From Octopus vulgaris (Eukaryota), in contig OX597841.1 in NCBI GenBank assembly GCA_951406725.2, positions 13,268,001-13,332,000 on the forward strand: a DNA stretch of 64,000 nucleotides, given 5' to 3'. This document shows, piece by piece, positions 25,729 through 38,825 of the stretch. The number at the start of each line of letters is the position of its first letter. The stretch's first letter is position 1. Position numbers and translations under genes: made by a program. The notes below the pieces were generated by a model. The model did not search any database. It saw only the letters and a program-made list of their open reading frames with translations, and was not told where the DNA came from.

Positions 25729-27412
25729 CAGGGCTGTGGAGTCAAAAGAAAAAGCTCCGACTCCTACTTACACCTCCGACTCCTCTCCTATTTACACATC
25801 CGACTCCTCTCCTATTTACACATCCGACTCCTCTCCTGTTGACACCTCCGACTCCTCTCCTGTTGACACCTCCGACTCCTCTCCTGTTGACACCTCCGAC
25901 TCCTCTCCTACTGACACCTCCGACTCCTCGCCTACTGACACCTCCGACTCCTCTCCTACTGACACCTCCGACTCCTCTCCTACTGACACCTCCGACTCCT
26001 CTCCTACTGACACCTCCGACTCCTCTCCTACTGACACCTCCGACTCCTCTCCTACTGACACCTCCGACTCCTCTCCTACTGACACCTCCGACTCCTCTCC
26101 TACTGACACCTCCGACTCCTCTCCTACTGACACCTCCGACTCCTCTCCTACTGACACCTCCGACTCCTCTCCTACTGACACCTCCGACTCCTCTCCTACT
26201 GACACCTCCGACTCCTCTCCTACTGACACCTCCGACTCCTCTCCTACTGACACCTCCGACTCCTCTCCTACTGACACCTCCGACTCCTCTCCTACTGACA
26301 CCTCCGACTCCTCTCCTACTGACACCTCCGACTCCTCTCCTACTGACACCTCCGACTCCTCTCCTACTGACACCTCCGACTCCTCTCCTGTTGACACCTC
26401 CGACTCCTCTCCTGTTGACACCTCCGACTCCTCTCCTACTGACACCTCCGACTCCTCTCCTACTGACACCTCCGACTCCTCTCCTACTGACACCTCCGAC
26501 TCCTCTCCTACTGACACCTCCGACTCCTCTCCTACTGACACCTCCGACTCCTCTCCTACTGACACCTCCGACTCCTCTCCTGTTGACACCTCCGACTCCT
26601 CTCCTGTTGACACCTCCGACTCCTCTCCTACTGACACCTCCGACTCCTCTCCTGACTGACACCTCCGACTCCTCTCCTGTTGACACCTCCGACTCCTCTC
26701 CTGTTGACACCTCCGACTCCTCTCCTGTTGACACCTCCGACTCCTCTCCCACTGACACCTCCGACTCCTCTCCCACTGACACCTCCGACTCCTCTCCCAC
26801 TGACACCTCCGACTCCTCTCCCACTGACACCTCCGACTCCTCTCCTGTTGACACCGCCGACTCCTCTCCTACTGACACCTCCGACTCCTCTCCTACTGAC
26901 ACCTCCGACTCCTCTCCTACTGACACCTCCGACTCCTCTCCTACTGACACCTCCGACTCCTCTCCTGTTGACACCTCCGACTCCTCTCCTACTGACACCT
27001 CCGACTCCTCTCCTACTGACACCTCCGACTCCTCTCCTACTGACACCTCCGACTCCTCTCCTACTGACACCACTGACTCTGACTCCTCTTTATGTAATTG
27101 ATTGTGGTCTACATATCTCATAAAGCATATGCATACACTTGTAGTTTGAGTCGGCCTCTGTTATAACTGGTTTAGATTAAAGATCTCGGAGTCAGAGTCA
27201 GTATAGTTTTACTGACTCCAACTTCCATTTAATCTATTTTAATGTGTATAAAAAAACCTATTTTGGGGGTTTAAAATTTGGGAAAAAAGTTTTGTAAGGG
27301 ATTAAAAAGAAACTCATTTTTTTAAAATCCTAATTTTTGACAAAAATGGGTTCCTTATCCTCGTTAAAATACGGTAATTGCTTCCGACTCTGACGCTGAA
27401 TCCACAACCATG
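25729..27412. mobile_element. Non-autonomous hAT element hosting a minisatellite
   Basis: TIRs CAGGGCTGTGGAGTC / GAATCCACAACCATG (12/15 match); perfect 8-bp TSD GCTAAAAC at 25721-25728 and 27413-27420. Confidence 0.85.
25756..27088. repeat. 24-bp minisatellite, ~55 units
   Basis: Unit CTCCGACTCCTCTCCT(AC/GT)TGACAC; 1-bp insertion near 26654. Confidence 0.97.
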
Positions 27413-27710
27413 GCTAAAACAACAATGATGATGTCTTTTTTGTTTTTTTATTGCTATTTAAAAGAATAGGAGAGAAAATGAATTTATATTTGGTGGTTTG
27501 TGAAGTTTCGCTTGTAAATTTTCACGGAGTGCCTTCAGGAAAAAAAGGAGGTTGTGTGATTCCTGTGTTTGGCCTCATCACACAACCTTCTTTTTCCTGT
27601 TGAGGACCAGGAAATACCTCAATGCCGATAAAATGCTGGCCCGCCTTGAATTGCTACAGAAACTTTACATTAAAGAATTGCTCACATCTGTGGCATGGTG
27701 ATGAAGCTGC

Positions 27711-27751
<41 letters not shown>

Positions 27752-27851
27752 TAAATGTATTTCGCTTACACCATATACAGACTTACATATACATACATAT
27801 CCTAGATCATACACAGACATGCAGGCCCACACATAACTATATACAAGCTTA

Positions 27852-27888
<37 letters not shown>

Positions 27889-27983
27889 CTTGTACTGTAT
27901 ACAAACTTATACATCCTAGATCATACACATGTACAGGCTCACGGATACCTATATAAAGCCTGCATCACACACACACACTAGAC

Positions 27984-28022
<39 letters not shown>

Positions 28023-29080
28023 CTAGACCATAGATACACACACACACCTTTAAAACGCACACTACACCCACACACAAATGCTGGCATGTTGTCTTATCTC
28101 ACCTCTTTCCTATACATTGGAAGGTGTGTATATGCAAGTGTGTGAGTGAGTGTATATATTTGTTATTTGACATGTGAAGGAGAGAGAGAGAGATGAAGAA
28201 GCAGTCGAGCAGGCAGCAATGGATGTTGGTTCATAACAATAAGCCAGCGATTAGTCACCCTCAATAGAAAACGGTGAGTTTTTTTAAGCACCAACCTACT
28301 GCACGTGTGTGTGTGTGTTGTGTGTGCATACACGCACACTCTCACACTCTCTTTCTTTCTCTCTCTCTCTTGTGTATTATAAATATATTTAATTGCCACA
28401 CTTTTATATTGTAAATATATTTTCTCTCTCTCTGGCAGCTCTCGGGTTTTGTGTTCATATACATACAAACATATATAAACACACACACACACATACAAAC
28501 ACACATTACACACACACACACATATTACATACATACATACATAATATATATAGATGTATAAATATATATATGATATATATACATACACACTACATATACA
28601 TATACACATTACATACATATACACACATATTACATATATATATAATCATCATCATCATTATCGTTAAACGATGATGATGATGATGATTATATATATACAC
28701 ATATTACATACATATAAATATATATATTTATTACATTCATACATATATATATACACACACACATATTATATATATATAAAAGTATATATATATATATATA
28801 TCCACACACACACGTATTACATATATATATACATATATGAACATATTTACACACATTACATATAAATAATATATATATATATATACACATAATTTATATG
28901 CTTGTGTGTATATATGTGTGTGTAATATATGTATATATATATATGTGTGTATATGCACACACACATACCACATGTATTTTTTCTATTTTTGTATATATTT
29001 TCTATTTTTGTATATATACGTTTGTGTGTGTGTATCTGTATAGTGTTAGTGTGTGTGTGTGTTGTACACATATGTATGCT

Positions 29081-29129
<49 letters not shown>

Positions 29130-29226
29130 TGATGTTCTTCAGCTCTGCTTCCTTATTCGCCCACCACCTTGGCCTCTCCAACGATGACTTGTTAGGAAGG
29201 AGTGAAGGATGCTGGCTTCCATCTTC

Positions 29227-29264
<38 letters not shown>

Positions 29265-29393
29265 CTATTTAATATATGTGTGTGTGTGTAGATATACATA
29301 AGCATGTATATTTATCTGGATGTGAGGATGCTGTTTATATATCTAAATAGGTAAGTTGTTGGTGGTTATGTTAGCATTCTGATCAAAACAGAT

Positions 29394-29445
<52 letters not shown>

Positions 29446-29593
29446 ACCTGTGTCTATACATCTGTTTTGTCTATTTGTCTCTATCAGCTTCTCTCTCTCT
29501 CTCTCTGTCCCTACTTTCATCTCTCTCTTTATCTATTTATCTACTTTCATGTGTGTGTCTGTATGTCTTCCATCATATTTATCTACCTTCACA

Positions 29594-29628
<35 letters not shown>

Positions 29629-32009
29629 TTCTCTATGTACCTTCCCTCTTAACTACCTGTATCTATATATAGCCATCTGTGTGTGTGTGTCTGTGTCCAT
29701 CCATCAATCACAAGTTTATATCATAGTTCTCCTGCACGTTTCACCATTCTGGGAGCCCTGCAATAGGTGTTCCTGGTGCATTTAGATGTTCAACCACAAC
29801 AGATTATCATGGAAAACTTTATTGCATTAAGTTACAGATAGCTTGTGTGTGTATGTGTAGATTATTATGCTTAGAATCAATGCATATTACCAGAATTCTC
29901 AAACTGAGGGTGAAGAAAGGGCAAATTCCATCAATTTGTTCATATTTTGATGTCTTGACTGAAGAAGATCTTACATAAGTGATGAAATTCCCTTTTTATT
30001 GCACAATGATCTGAAACGTGTGTATTAAATGCATTCATTCAGCATAACACAGGATGCGACTAGGCTGACCCTTTGAATTACAGATAATATTCACTTTTGC
30101 CAGCTGAGTGGACTGATGCAAGGACGTAACACACCACCAGGAATTGAACTCATGACTATATGATTATGAGCCAAATACACTATCTACTAAGCCATGTGCT
30201 TTCACACATGAGTTTATACGCATTCATACACATGTACACACTCTCTCACGTGTATGCTGGCCATCTCTTAGTCCCAGTTTACCAAATTCACTCTGGTCTC
30301 TGGTCGGGGTTATTGTAGATGTGTGTGTGTGTGTGTGTGTGTGTATTCCTTTATTCTTTTACTTGTTTCAGTCATGACTGCGGCCATGCTGGAGCTCCAC
30401 CTTGAAGTGTTTTAGTCAAAGAAACTCATCCCAGGACTTATTCTTTGCAAGCCTAGTACTTATTCTATCGGTCTCTTTTTCTGAACTGCTAAGTCATAGG
30501 AACATAAATACACCAACATTGGTTGTCAAGTGATGGCTGGGGAAAGAGCACCACACACACAACTACCATCGTTTAAAGCCCATTGTCCATGCTGGCACAC
30601 TGGAAGGCTGCACCAGACTCCAGTCTGATTTGGCATGGTTTTCTACAGCTGGATGCCCTTCCTAACACCAACCAATCTGAGAGTGTAATGGATGCCTTTA
30701 CGTGCCACCAGCATGGGTGCCACTTGTGTGACACCAGTATCTGCCACAACTGTGATTTTGCTCAGCTTGATGGGTCTTCTTCTCAAGCACGACATTATGC
30801 CAAAGGTCTCGGTCCTTGCGTCCGTGAGGCCCAACACTTGAAAGGTATCCCTTATAAAGGGCTACAAAAACACACCTGGTTTATGTCGGTAAATACACTC
30901 ACACACACATATATACTCGTACAGTCTTCTGCTATTGTTTCCATAAAATCCAATTACAAAGTGATGGTCACCTCAATTAAACAGTATTGGTCATTTGAAA
31001 AATTGCATGAAGGAGATCTGAGTGGCATAGAAAGTGAAAATGGTAGATGGAAACTGTGCAGAAGCCCATTGAGTGCACATGTGTGTGTATCGTTGTTTAA
31101 CATCTACATTTCCCTGCTTGCATGGGTAGGACTGAGTTTATTTGGGGCTGGCTTTGTAAGGCTGGATGCCCTACCTGTCACCAATCCTCACCTGTTTCTC
31201 AGCAAGGTGATATTTCCCCCATGGCCTGACAAGTTCACGCAGAACACTGGAAATGAATGACACCGCTTATACAACAATGACACTCATTTACAATCATACA
31301 GTGTCAAGATAAGGAGACACGTGTATTTGTATATGTAAGTGCCTTTGTCACAACCCCACATCTTTTCAACCAGTATTGGTTTGTTTACATCCCTGTAACT
31401 TAGCATTTCAGCAAAAGAGATTGACAGAATATTACCAGGCTTTAAGGAAAACCAACTACTGGGATGGCCGTTGATTTGTTCGAGTTATCCCTTCAAAGCA
31501 GTGCTCCAGAATGGCCACACTCTGAAACAAGTAAACAAATATGAATTTATGGAATTTCATAGAATTGGAATACCTCAAGCCATGGAGCTGACAAGTATCT
31601 GCTTTGAGATTGAACCTGTAGCAGCTCTGTTTGGATTTGGCTTCACGGTTTGACTAATATCATTTCATTTGCTAATTTTGTCACAGCACTCTTAAAACCA
31701 CTCCTGCACACACCCAACACACATTGCAGCCAATCGCATCTTGCACCAGCAGTCATGTGACATCCAAAACACCTGTAGACATCGACAGAACTGCATTGGC
31801 TTTCATTGCTCAGGATACAAAGTTTAAGGACACAGTTTTCTGTTGTATGAAAAGACTATGATTCAGTCTCTTGCCAGAGAGGATTGCTTCACTTTGAGTA
31901 AAGCCTTACCTTCTGTTTTAGGTCATTGACATTCCCTCGCGTCTCTTTTGAACTTCATTGGCTGTTGCCCCATCCTTTACTCCACACACACACACACACA
32001 CACACATAT

Positions 32010-32165
32010 AGTGAGCATTTACAAAAAACAAAAGACGAAGACGGGTGTGTAAACAACAAACAGATGTATTAGTTTAACGCTCAGGAAGTGAGAGTCTTTT
32101 ACATTTTGAGCCTATGCTCTTCTACAGAAAGGCACACAGGAATAAACAGGGAGAGAAAATAGAAA
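32010..32165 (-). mobile_element. Penelope-type short repeat with decayed hammerhead-like motif
   Basis: Minus strand 32131-32096: CTTT-CTGTAGA-A-GAGC(ATAG)GCTC-AAAA-TGTA-AAAG. Homologous to 52350-52510; flanked by microsatellites. Confidence 0.45.
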
Positions 32166-33001
32166 ATATATATATGTATATATATGTATGTATATGTATG
32201 TTATCTGAATTTTATAGTATTTAGCATCCATCATGACTGGTCTTACTAATTGGTTTTGCGCAAAATACAATGGAGTGTTAGGTAACAATCTAGTTATATA
32301 GTTACGCTCATCAGAGGTAGCCAATATGGAAGGGAATATGGCAACTGCTCTCTATTGTACTCCCACATATACACATACCCCTCCACCCACACACATTTTA
32401 CATTACACACTGCTACAAATATACCCCCCTCCCCAACCAATTTGTCCTTTACAGGAAGAAAACAGACCAATGAACACAGCTATCTATACCTACAGCCCTG
32501 GAAAAAATATATACATATATATATATATGTATAGGGTGTATGCATGTGTATCCGTTTGATGGCTAAAAAGCTGTTGTGGGTTGCCAGTCGTAGCTTTCTC
32601 CAGGATGCATTCCTCACCCACCTCTAATCGATTGCCCCACTGGATCTTGAACAAGTTGTACACGCCCACCCCAGGGTGGTGCTGTGACAAGAGAGCCTAG
32701 GAGTCACCTCTAAATAAGTCTTGCTTCTCTCTTCTCTGGTTTACACAAGATAGAGCTCAGCTTGTCTTCTGGCTGCGACACTTTCGCTGCTCTGCCAGGA
32801 TCGACTGGGTGAGGGTGGAAAGGAGGTGGGGTGTGGGTGTGTCTGCTATTGGGTACATGAGCACTTAAAACTGAAAAGTGTGTCTGTTGGTGGTGGTGGG
32901 CAGATAAGGGGTGTGGTACATGAGAAGGCACTACTTTTCTACATACCAAATGATAGCTGATATATATATGTGTGTGTGTGTATATCTGTGTATATATATA
33001 C

Positions 33002-33047
<46 letters not shown>

Positions 33048-33161
33048 ATGTATATATAAGTGTGTGTATATATATATATGTGTATGTATATATAAGTGTG
33101 TGTATATATATATATAAATATATACATGTGTGTGTATATATACATGTGTGTGTATATATAC

Positions 33162-33209
<48 letters not shown>

Positions 33210-33436
33210 TGATACCAATGTATGGAACTTTCAGACCTCGAATCTGTTATTTCTGTGAAATATTAATGTTTATGTGTGTATATTATCAATGTGTATCTGT
33301 GTGTGTTGATGTGATTTAAGGGAGATTTTGCTGGTGTTTCTAGCAAGTCAATCGATCCTGTATGTAGCTCCTTCTAAATGTGAGTATGTATTTGTGTGTA
33401 TTATGCATTGTCTGTATGTATAAAATTTCTGTAGAT

Positions 33437-33595
33437 GCATGTGTGACTGTGTGGTAAGTAGCTTGCTTCTCAACCAAATGCTTCTGGGTTCAGTCCCACT
33501 GCGCGCCACCATGGGCAAGTGTCTTCTACTATAGCCATGGGCCAACCAAAGCCTTGTGAGCAGATTTGGTAGACAGAAATTGAAAGAAGCCCATC

Positions 33596-33665
<70 letters not shown>

Positions 33666-33910
33666 TAGAGCATGGAAAGCGGACGTTAAACGATGATGAT
33701 GATGACGTACATACATATATGTGTGTGTTTGTCCCCTCATCATTGTCAAATGATGTTGGTGTGTTTATGTACCCATAACTTAACAGTTCAGCAAAAGAGA
33801 CTGATAGAATAAGTACTAGGCTCACAAAAAATAAGTCCTGCGGTTGAACTCTTCGACTAAAGGCGATGCTCCAGCATGGCCACGGTCAAGACTGAAACAA
33901 AAGTAAAAGT
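33437..33910 (+). mobile_element. SINE family A with a family C tail fragment in its internal microsatellite
   Basis: GCATGGAAAGCGGACGTTAAACGATGATG at ~33670-33705. Confidence 0.8.
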
Positions 33911-34062
33911 ATATATTTGTGTGTCCTCTACAATCGCTTAACAACCGCTTTTGATGTGCTTATTTCCCCATAACTTAGCGGTTCGGCAAAACGAGACTAG
34001 AATAAGTACTAGGCTTACAAAGAATAAATCCTGGGGCTGATTTCTTCAACTAAAACCCGTTA

Positions 34063-34299
34063 ATTATTTACGTTATTTACAATTGACAGATATTTGTCCT
34101 CATCTTGTTTGTTGTTAACACAATGTTTCGGCTGGTATACCCTCCAGCCTTCATCAGGTGTCTTGGGGAAATTTCAAACCTGGGTTCTCATTCCTAAGGT
34201 ATTTTTCAATATTATTATCATTATTCAGTTCAGTGCCTCGAATCGAGCTTGGAATCTTCGGGTTAGTAACCTGCGCTCTTAACCACTACGCCATATGCC
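34063..34299 (-). mobile_element. tRNA-headed SINE-like element carrying a type I hammerhead motif
   Basis: A box TGGCGTAGTGG (34293-34283), B-box-like GCTCGATTC (34248-34240), hammerhead at 34162-34117, tandem GTAAATAAY tail. Confidence 0.7.
34117..34162 (-). ncRNA. Type I hammerhead ribozyme motif
   Basis: GACAC-CTGATGA-A-GGCTGG(AGGGTATA)CCAGCC-GAAA-CATT-GTGTT: canonical core, 6-bp helix II, helix I GACAC/GTGTT, helix III ACAT (likely CpG-decayed ACGT). Confidence 0.7.
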
Positions 34300-34363
34300 T
34301 GTGGGCAATTATGGAGTGAATTTTTAGACTCATAAATCTAATATTTTTCTATCCTTCCTTAAT

Positions 34364-34730
34364 ACCTATTTCTTTACTACCCACAAAGGGCTAAACACAG
34401 AGAGGACAGACAAACGGATTAAGTCGATTATATCGATCCCAGTGCGTAACTGGTACTTGTTTAATCGGCCCCGAAAGGATGAAAGGCAAAGTCGACCTTG
34501 GCGGAATTTGAACTCAGAACGTAGCGGCAGACGAAATACCTATTTCTTTACTACCCACAAGGGGCTAAACACAGAGAGGACAAACAAGGACAGACATAGG
34601 TATTAAGTCGATTATATCGATCCCAGTGCGTAACTGGTACTTATTTAATCGACCCCAAAAGGATGAAAGGCAAAGTCGACCTTGGCGGAATTTGAACTCA
34701 GAACGTAACGGCTACACATTCTGCCAGCCC
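34364..34730 (-). mobile_element. SINE family B, body-duplicated form
   Basis: Two tandem bodies starting ACCTATTTCTTTACTACCCAC at ~34364 and ~34538. Confidence 0.85.
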
Positions 34731-35334
34731 ATATGCTATTCATATCTGCACTCAGTCTGCTTCGGAGGTTGTTGTGTCCTGGCATATGTGCTGCTGCTCC
34801 TTTTAGTTTTCGTATTTTCCAGTGGTAGTTCTGTCTATTATTATAGACAGAGAACCCGTTAAGGTAGTGCTCCAGCATGGCCACAGTCAAAAATGAAAAA
34901 AGAATGAGAGACCAAAAGAATTTGTGTGACCCCATTAGTGCTACTGTGGTTGATTTGGTTTCCATTTTCCTGTCTGTGTGTCCCAGCCCACAGCTGAAAT
35001 TTCATCTGGGGCTGGCTCTCTGTCTGTCTGTCTGTGAATATATGTCTACAACATTCCTCCAGGCACACATTTACGTATCCTCCTCACATCCACATCTCAA
35101 CAGAGGTTGCTCTTTGCATTAAGCTTTTCAGTTCAGAGTTCAGCATTGGCCTTAATGGACTGGTTTAAGAGATTTGAGATTCGAGGAACTCAATTTCTGA
35201 TTTAAGCACAAGGCCAGCAATTTTGAAGAGAGAGTATTTGCTGATATTATTGACCCAAGTATTTGATTGGTCCTTTATTTTATGAAGGGCCAAGTTGACT
35301 TCAGTGGCTTTCATTCATTTCCTTTGCATTCCCT

Positions 35335-35535
35335 TATTCTTTTACTTGTTTCAGTCATTTGACTGTGGCCATGCTGGAGCACCACCTTTAGTCGAACTAA
35401 TTGATCCTGGGACTTATTTTTCATAAACCTAGTACTTATTATATCGGTCTCTTTTGCCGAATCACTAAGTTATGGGTACATAAACACACCAACATCAGTT
35501 ATCAAGCAATGTGTGTGTGTGGGCAAACATACACA

Positions 35536-35595
<60 letters not shown>

Positions 35596-35744
35596 GCAAA
35601 AACTGTCCGACGAACGGGAACGTGAAACTCAGAGTAACAGGTTTTGTTGAATTTTCTGCTGCTTTAAATAAAGCATATTATTCTGCCACTGGTATTTGAG
35701 TACTCTTTTTTCCACCTTGTTTCACATTTATGTGTTTACTCCGG

Positions 35745-35775
<31 letters not shown>

Positions 35776-35890
35776 GATGGGCTTCTTTCAGTTTCCATCT
35801 GCCCAATTCACTCCCAAAGCTTTGGTTGGTCCAAGGCTATAGTAGAAGTCACTTGCCCGATGTGCCATGCAGTGGCATTTGAACTCAGAA
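35335..35890 (-). mobile_element. SINE family A with a hammerhead repeat nested in its microsatellite
   Basis: The two SINE halves flank 35596-35744. Confidence 0.8.
35596..35744 (+). ncRNA. ~150-bp Penelope/retrozyme-like unit with type I hammerhead motif (35598-35645)
   Basis: AAAAACTGT-CCGACGA-ACG(GGAA)CGT-GAAA-CTC A GAG-TA-ACAGGTTTT, downstream AATAAA, (TA)n on both sides. Confidence 0.65.
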
Positions 35891-37505
35891 CAGCCCTGCC
35901 TCCTTGTCTTTTGTCATTGAACCAACCTTATCTGGGCTCAAATGATATTTCACATCATTGCAATCTCAAAGCTGTGAGACAAGGGTAAGTGTAAGAAGCC
36001 TGATCTAGTTGGTTTGTACTTAAAAGGGTTAGAACAAAGCTGGATCTGTTTGGCTTAAATGCTAAAGAGTTAAGATAGGCATGGCTGCATGATTAAGATG
36101 TTTCCTGACCGTGTGGTTCCAGGTTCAGTCCCACTGTGTGGCATCTTAGTCATGTCTACTATAGCCCTGGGCCAGCTAGTCTTGTGAATGGATTTGGTAG
36201 ACAAAAACCAAAGGTAAAGCATTATGTGTTTGTGTGTCCTTATATCAACAGGTAATAGCTGTAAACGAGCGTCACTGCCATACAAGTGGGGTGGTTCGTT
36301 TCCAGTCTTCCATGTAAAACCGGTCTGGCCACAAGGAAATATTACCTTCCTTGGAAACAAATAATGGTTGGTGACAGGAAGGGCATCCAGCTGTAGAAAA
36401 TCTGCCTCAACACATTCTGCCTGACCCATGCAAGAATGGAAAAGGAAACAATAAAGCAATGATTTTCTGAGTTCTTTGAGAGGATTTTAATTGTGGAATA
36501 GCAGGAGTAAAGCATTTGAAATGAGAGAGGCAAATCGTAAAATATTGAGTTTTCTCGAATTTTTGCTTAATTGGGGGTGAAATTGAAAAAAATGTATATG
36601 CCATGACCCAATGGAATCTACTTCGAAAAATCATAGGTAAATTCCAATTGAAGAAATTCAATGTACAATTGTATTAAAAACAAACTATGTCAGAGGTAGA
36701 GAAAATCTGCCTTTTATCATAAGAGATGCAGGCAAAATTTTGTGTGCAAGGAGAAAGCTTTCCTATCCTCTTATAAATTTGAATGATGTTTCTCTGTTCG
36801 TTATGTTTTTATGTTCGTTAACTCCTAGACGGTTGGTGCAAGGACAACGAAACTCAAACCAGCAACTTCCCTAATCCCAAAGAATGCCTTAAGGGGTGTC
36901 TATTTTTAAGGGCCGCCTAATTGGGTCTCTACTGACACTCCTATTTTTACTGCAGTGGGACTGAACCCAGAACCATGTGGTTGGAAAACAAGCTTCTTAC
37001 CACACAGCCACACCTGTATATATATAATGGGCTTCTTTCAGTTTCCAGTCACAAGGCTTTGGTAGAAGATATTTGCCCAAGGTGCTATCGAGTGGGACTG
37101 AACCTGGAACCATGTGGAAACTTATTGCGCAGTCATACCTGCACCTATGCTACAACTGCACTTATTGCATATGAATAAAAGCAAGGTTGGCCATATCTGG
37201 AATGCCTTTTGATCATAGGTCTACTGGATCAGGAATGTCCTTGAGGCGAAACAGCATTGACAAAAGTAAAGTAGGACACTTTAGCTGATGTAGTCCTAGA
37301 TACACTTGGAATGAAAATAATTGCAAAAAAAGAAAAAAAAGTAAGAAATAAAACTATGAATGGTTGTTGCCGGAACAGGTTTGGTGTTAAGGTCTAGTGG
37401 GTCAGGTATGGCCTTGGGTTAAATAGCAACAAGTGGTTGACAGTTCTGAATGAAGAATTTAAGGAATGTGGTTTGGTTTCTAGTAAACCAATTGGTGTGA
37501 CTGAA

Positions 37506-37541
<36 letters not shown>

Positions 37542-37729
37542 TGTGGAGGACAGACAGACAGACAGGGTGTAAATAATTGGGACAGTGAGTAGTTAGCAGC
37601 AGCTTAGCATCCCTGGTGGTTGTTTCTGCCTTCCTGCCTTGCTTTGCAACTTTTTCTCTCTCTATTTTCAACTTCATCTCATTTTACTTTTCCTACCCCA
37701 CCCCACTCCGTGTTCTCACACTTTCATTG

Positions 37730-37976
37730 TTTCTCTCTCTCTCTCTCTCTCCATTTTCCTATTTATCTGTCTCTCTCTCTCCTGTCTTCTCTCTTTCTCT
37801 CTTCCTCACTCCCATCTTCCTATCTGTCTCTCTGTTTCTCACTCTTTCTGTCTGTTTGTCTCTCTCTCCATCTTCCTATCTATCTGTCTCTCTCTCCATC
37901 TTTCTGTCTGTTTCTCTCTCCATCTTTCTGTCTGTCTCTCTCCATCTTCCTATCTATCTGTCTCTCTCTCCATCTT

Positions 37977-38014
<38 letters not shown>

Positions 38015-38135
38015 CATCTTTCTGTCTGTTTGTCTCTCTCTCTCCATCTTCCTATCTGTGTGTGTCTCTCTCTCCATCTTCCTGTTTGTCTGTCTGTCAT
38101 TCTCTCTCTCTCTCCTGTGTCTGTCTGTTTCTCTC
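37730..38135. repeat. CT/CTGT/CCAT low-complexity tract
   Basis: Direct inspection. Confidence 0.95.
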
Positions 38136-38640
38136 TTGAAAGGCTTAGTTCGAGGCCCAACCCCCTGAGTTCTTTTATAGGTCTTAGAAAAACTGAAGGA
38201 CCCCTGCAATAAGTGTGTGAATCTGGAAGAGGAATATGTTGAATAAAATATTTATTAACTCATCCTCCTGGATTTTCTTTTATCCAAAGACAACTTTTCA
38301 GCACCCTTGTGTGTGTGTGTGTGTGTATATATGTGTCTCTCTTTTTGTCTCAAAGCCGTAGGGCGCCTGTGTCATCCATGTTTTTAACCGTTACTGTCTC
38401 CAAAAAAGATTTTTTGTTTCATGTTCGTCTCTGTTGCGTTGCATTCTTTCCTTCTGTGGCTGGCTGATTCAGAGCGGATCTCAGAATTAAACAGCCGAAA
38501 TCTGCGATGAGGGATCAGTTTCTGACTGAAGAATGAAGGCTTTGAATGACCCGTTTGTCTTTTTGTTCGTCCCTTCGTGTATTTCACGTTATTTATTTAT
38601 GTAAAGGTTTATTATATATATTAGAAGAAATAAGGAACTC

Positions 38641-38825
38641 AGAAATCTGGATGGTTTTATATTTACAGATTTTTATTAATATGTCACATGTTTTTATAAC
38701 TCATATATTAGTGCTTGCATCTACTCTGAAGAGTCTACTAGAGTAGATGCAAGCGCTAATATATGAGTTATAAAAACACGGACATATTAATAAAAATCTG
38801 TAAATATAAAACCATCCAGATTTCT
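38641..38825. repeat. Near-perfect inverted repeat (88/87-bp arms, 10-nt loop)
   Basis: 38641-38728 pairs with 38739-38825; outer extension 38610-38631 pairs with ~38820-38839. Confidence 0.95.

Noticed and set aside
25756-27088. CRISPR-like array
   Set aside because: Contiguous units with no unique spacers, no cas genes, eukaryotic context.
25539-27123. 520-, 459- and 323-aa ORFs (PPTPLLLT, TDTSDSSP, EESEVSVG repeats) as mucin or phosphoprotein genes
   Set aside because: Translations of a 24-bp minisatellite open in several frames on both strands, frameshifted, and enclosed in a hAT element.
34231-34299. tRNA gene on the minus strand
   Set aside because: No acceptor stem or downstream terminator; treated as an element head.
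38726-38752. Hammerhead in the hairpin loop (CTGAAGA-GTCTAC/GTAGAT)
   Set aside because: Followed by GCAA rather than GAAA, with no helix I or III; the 3' strand is explained by the inverted repeat.
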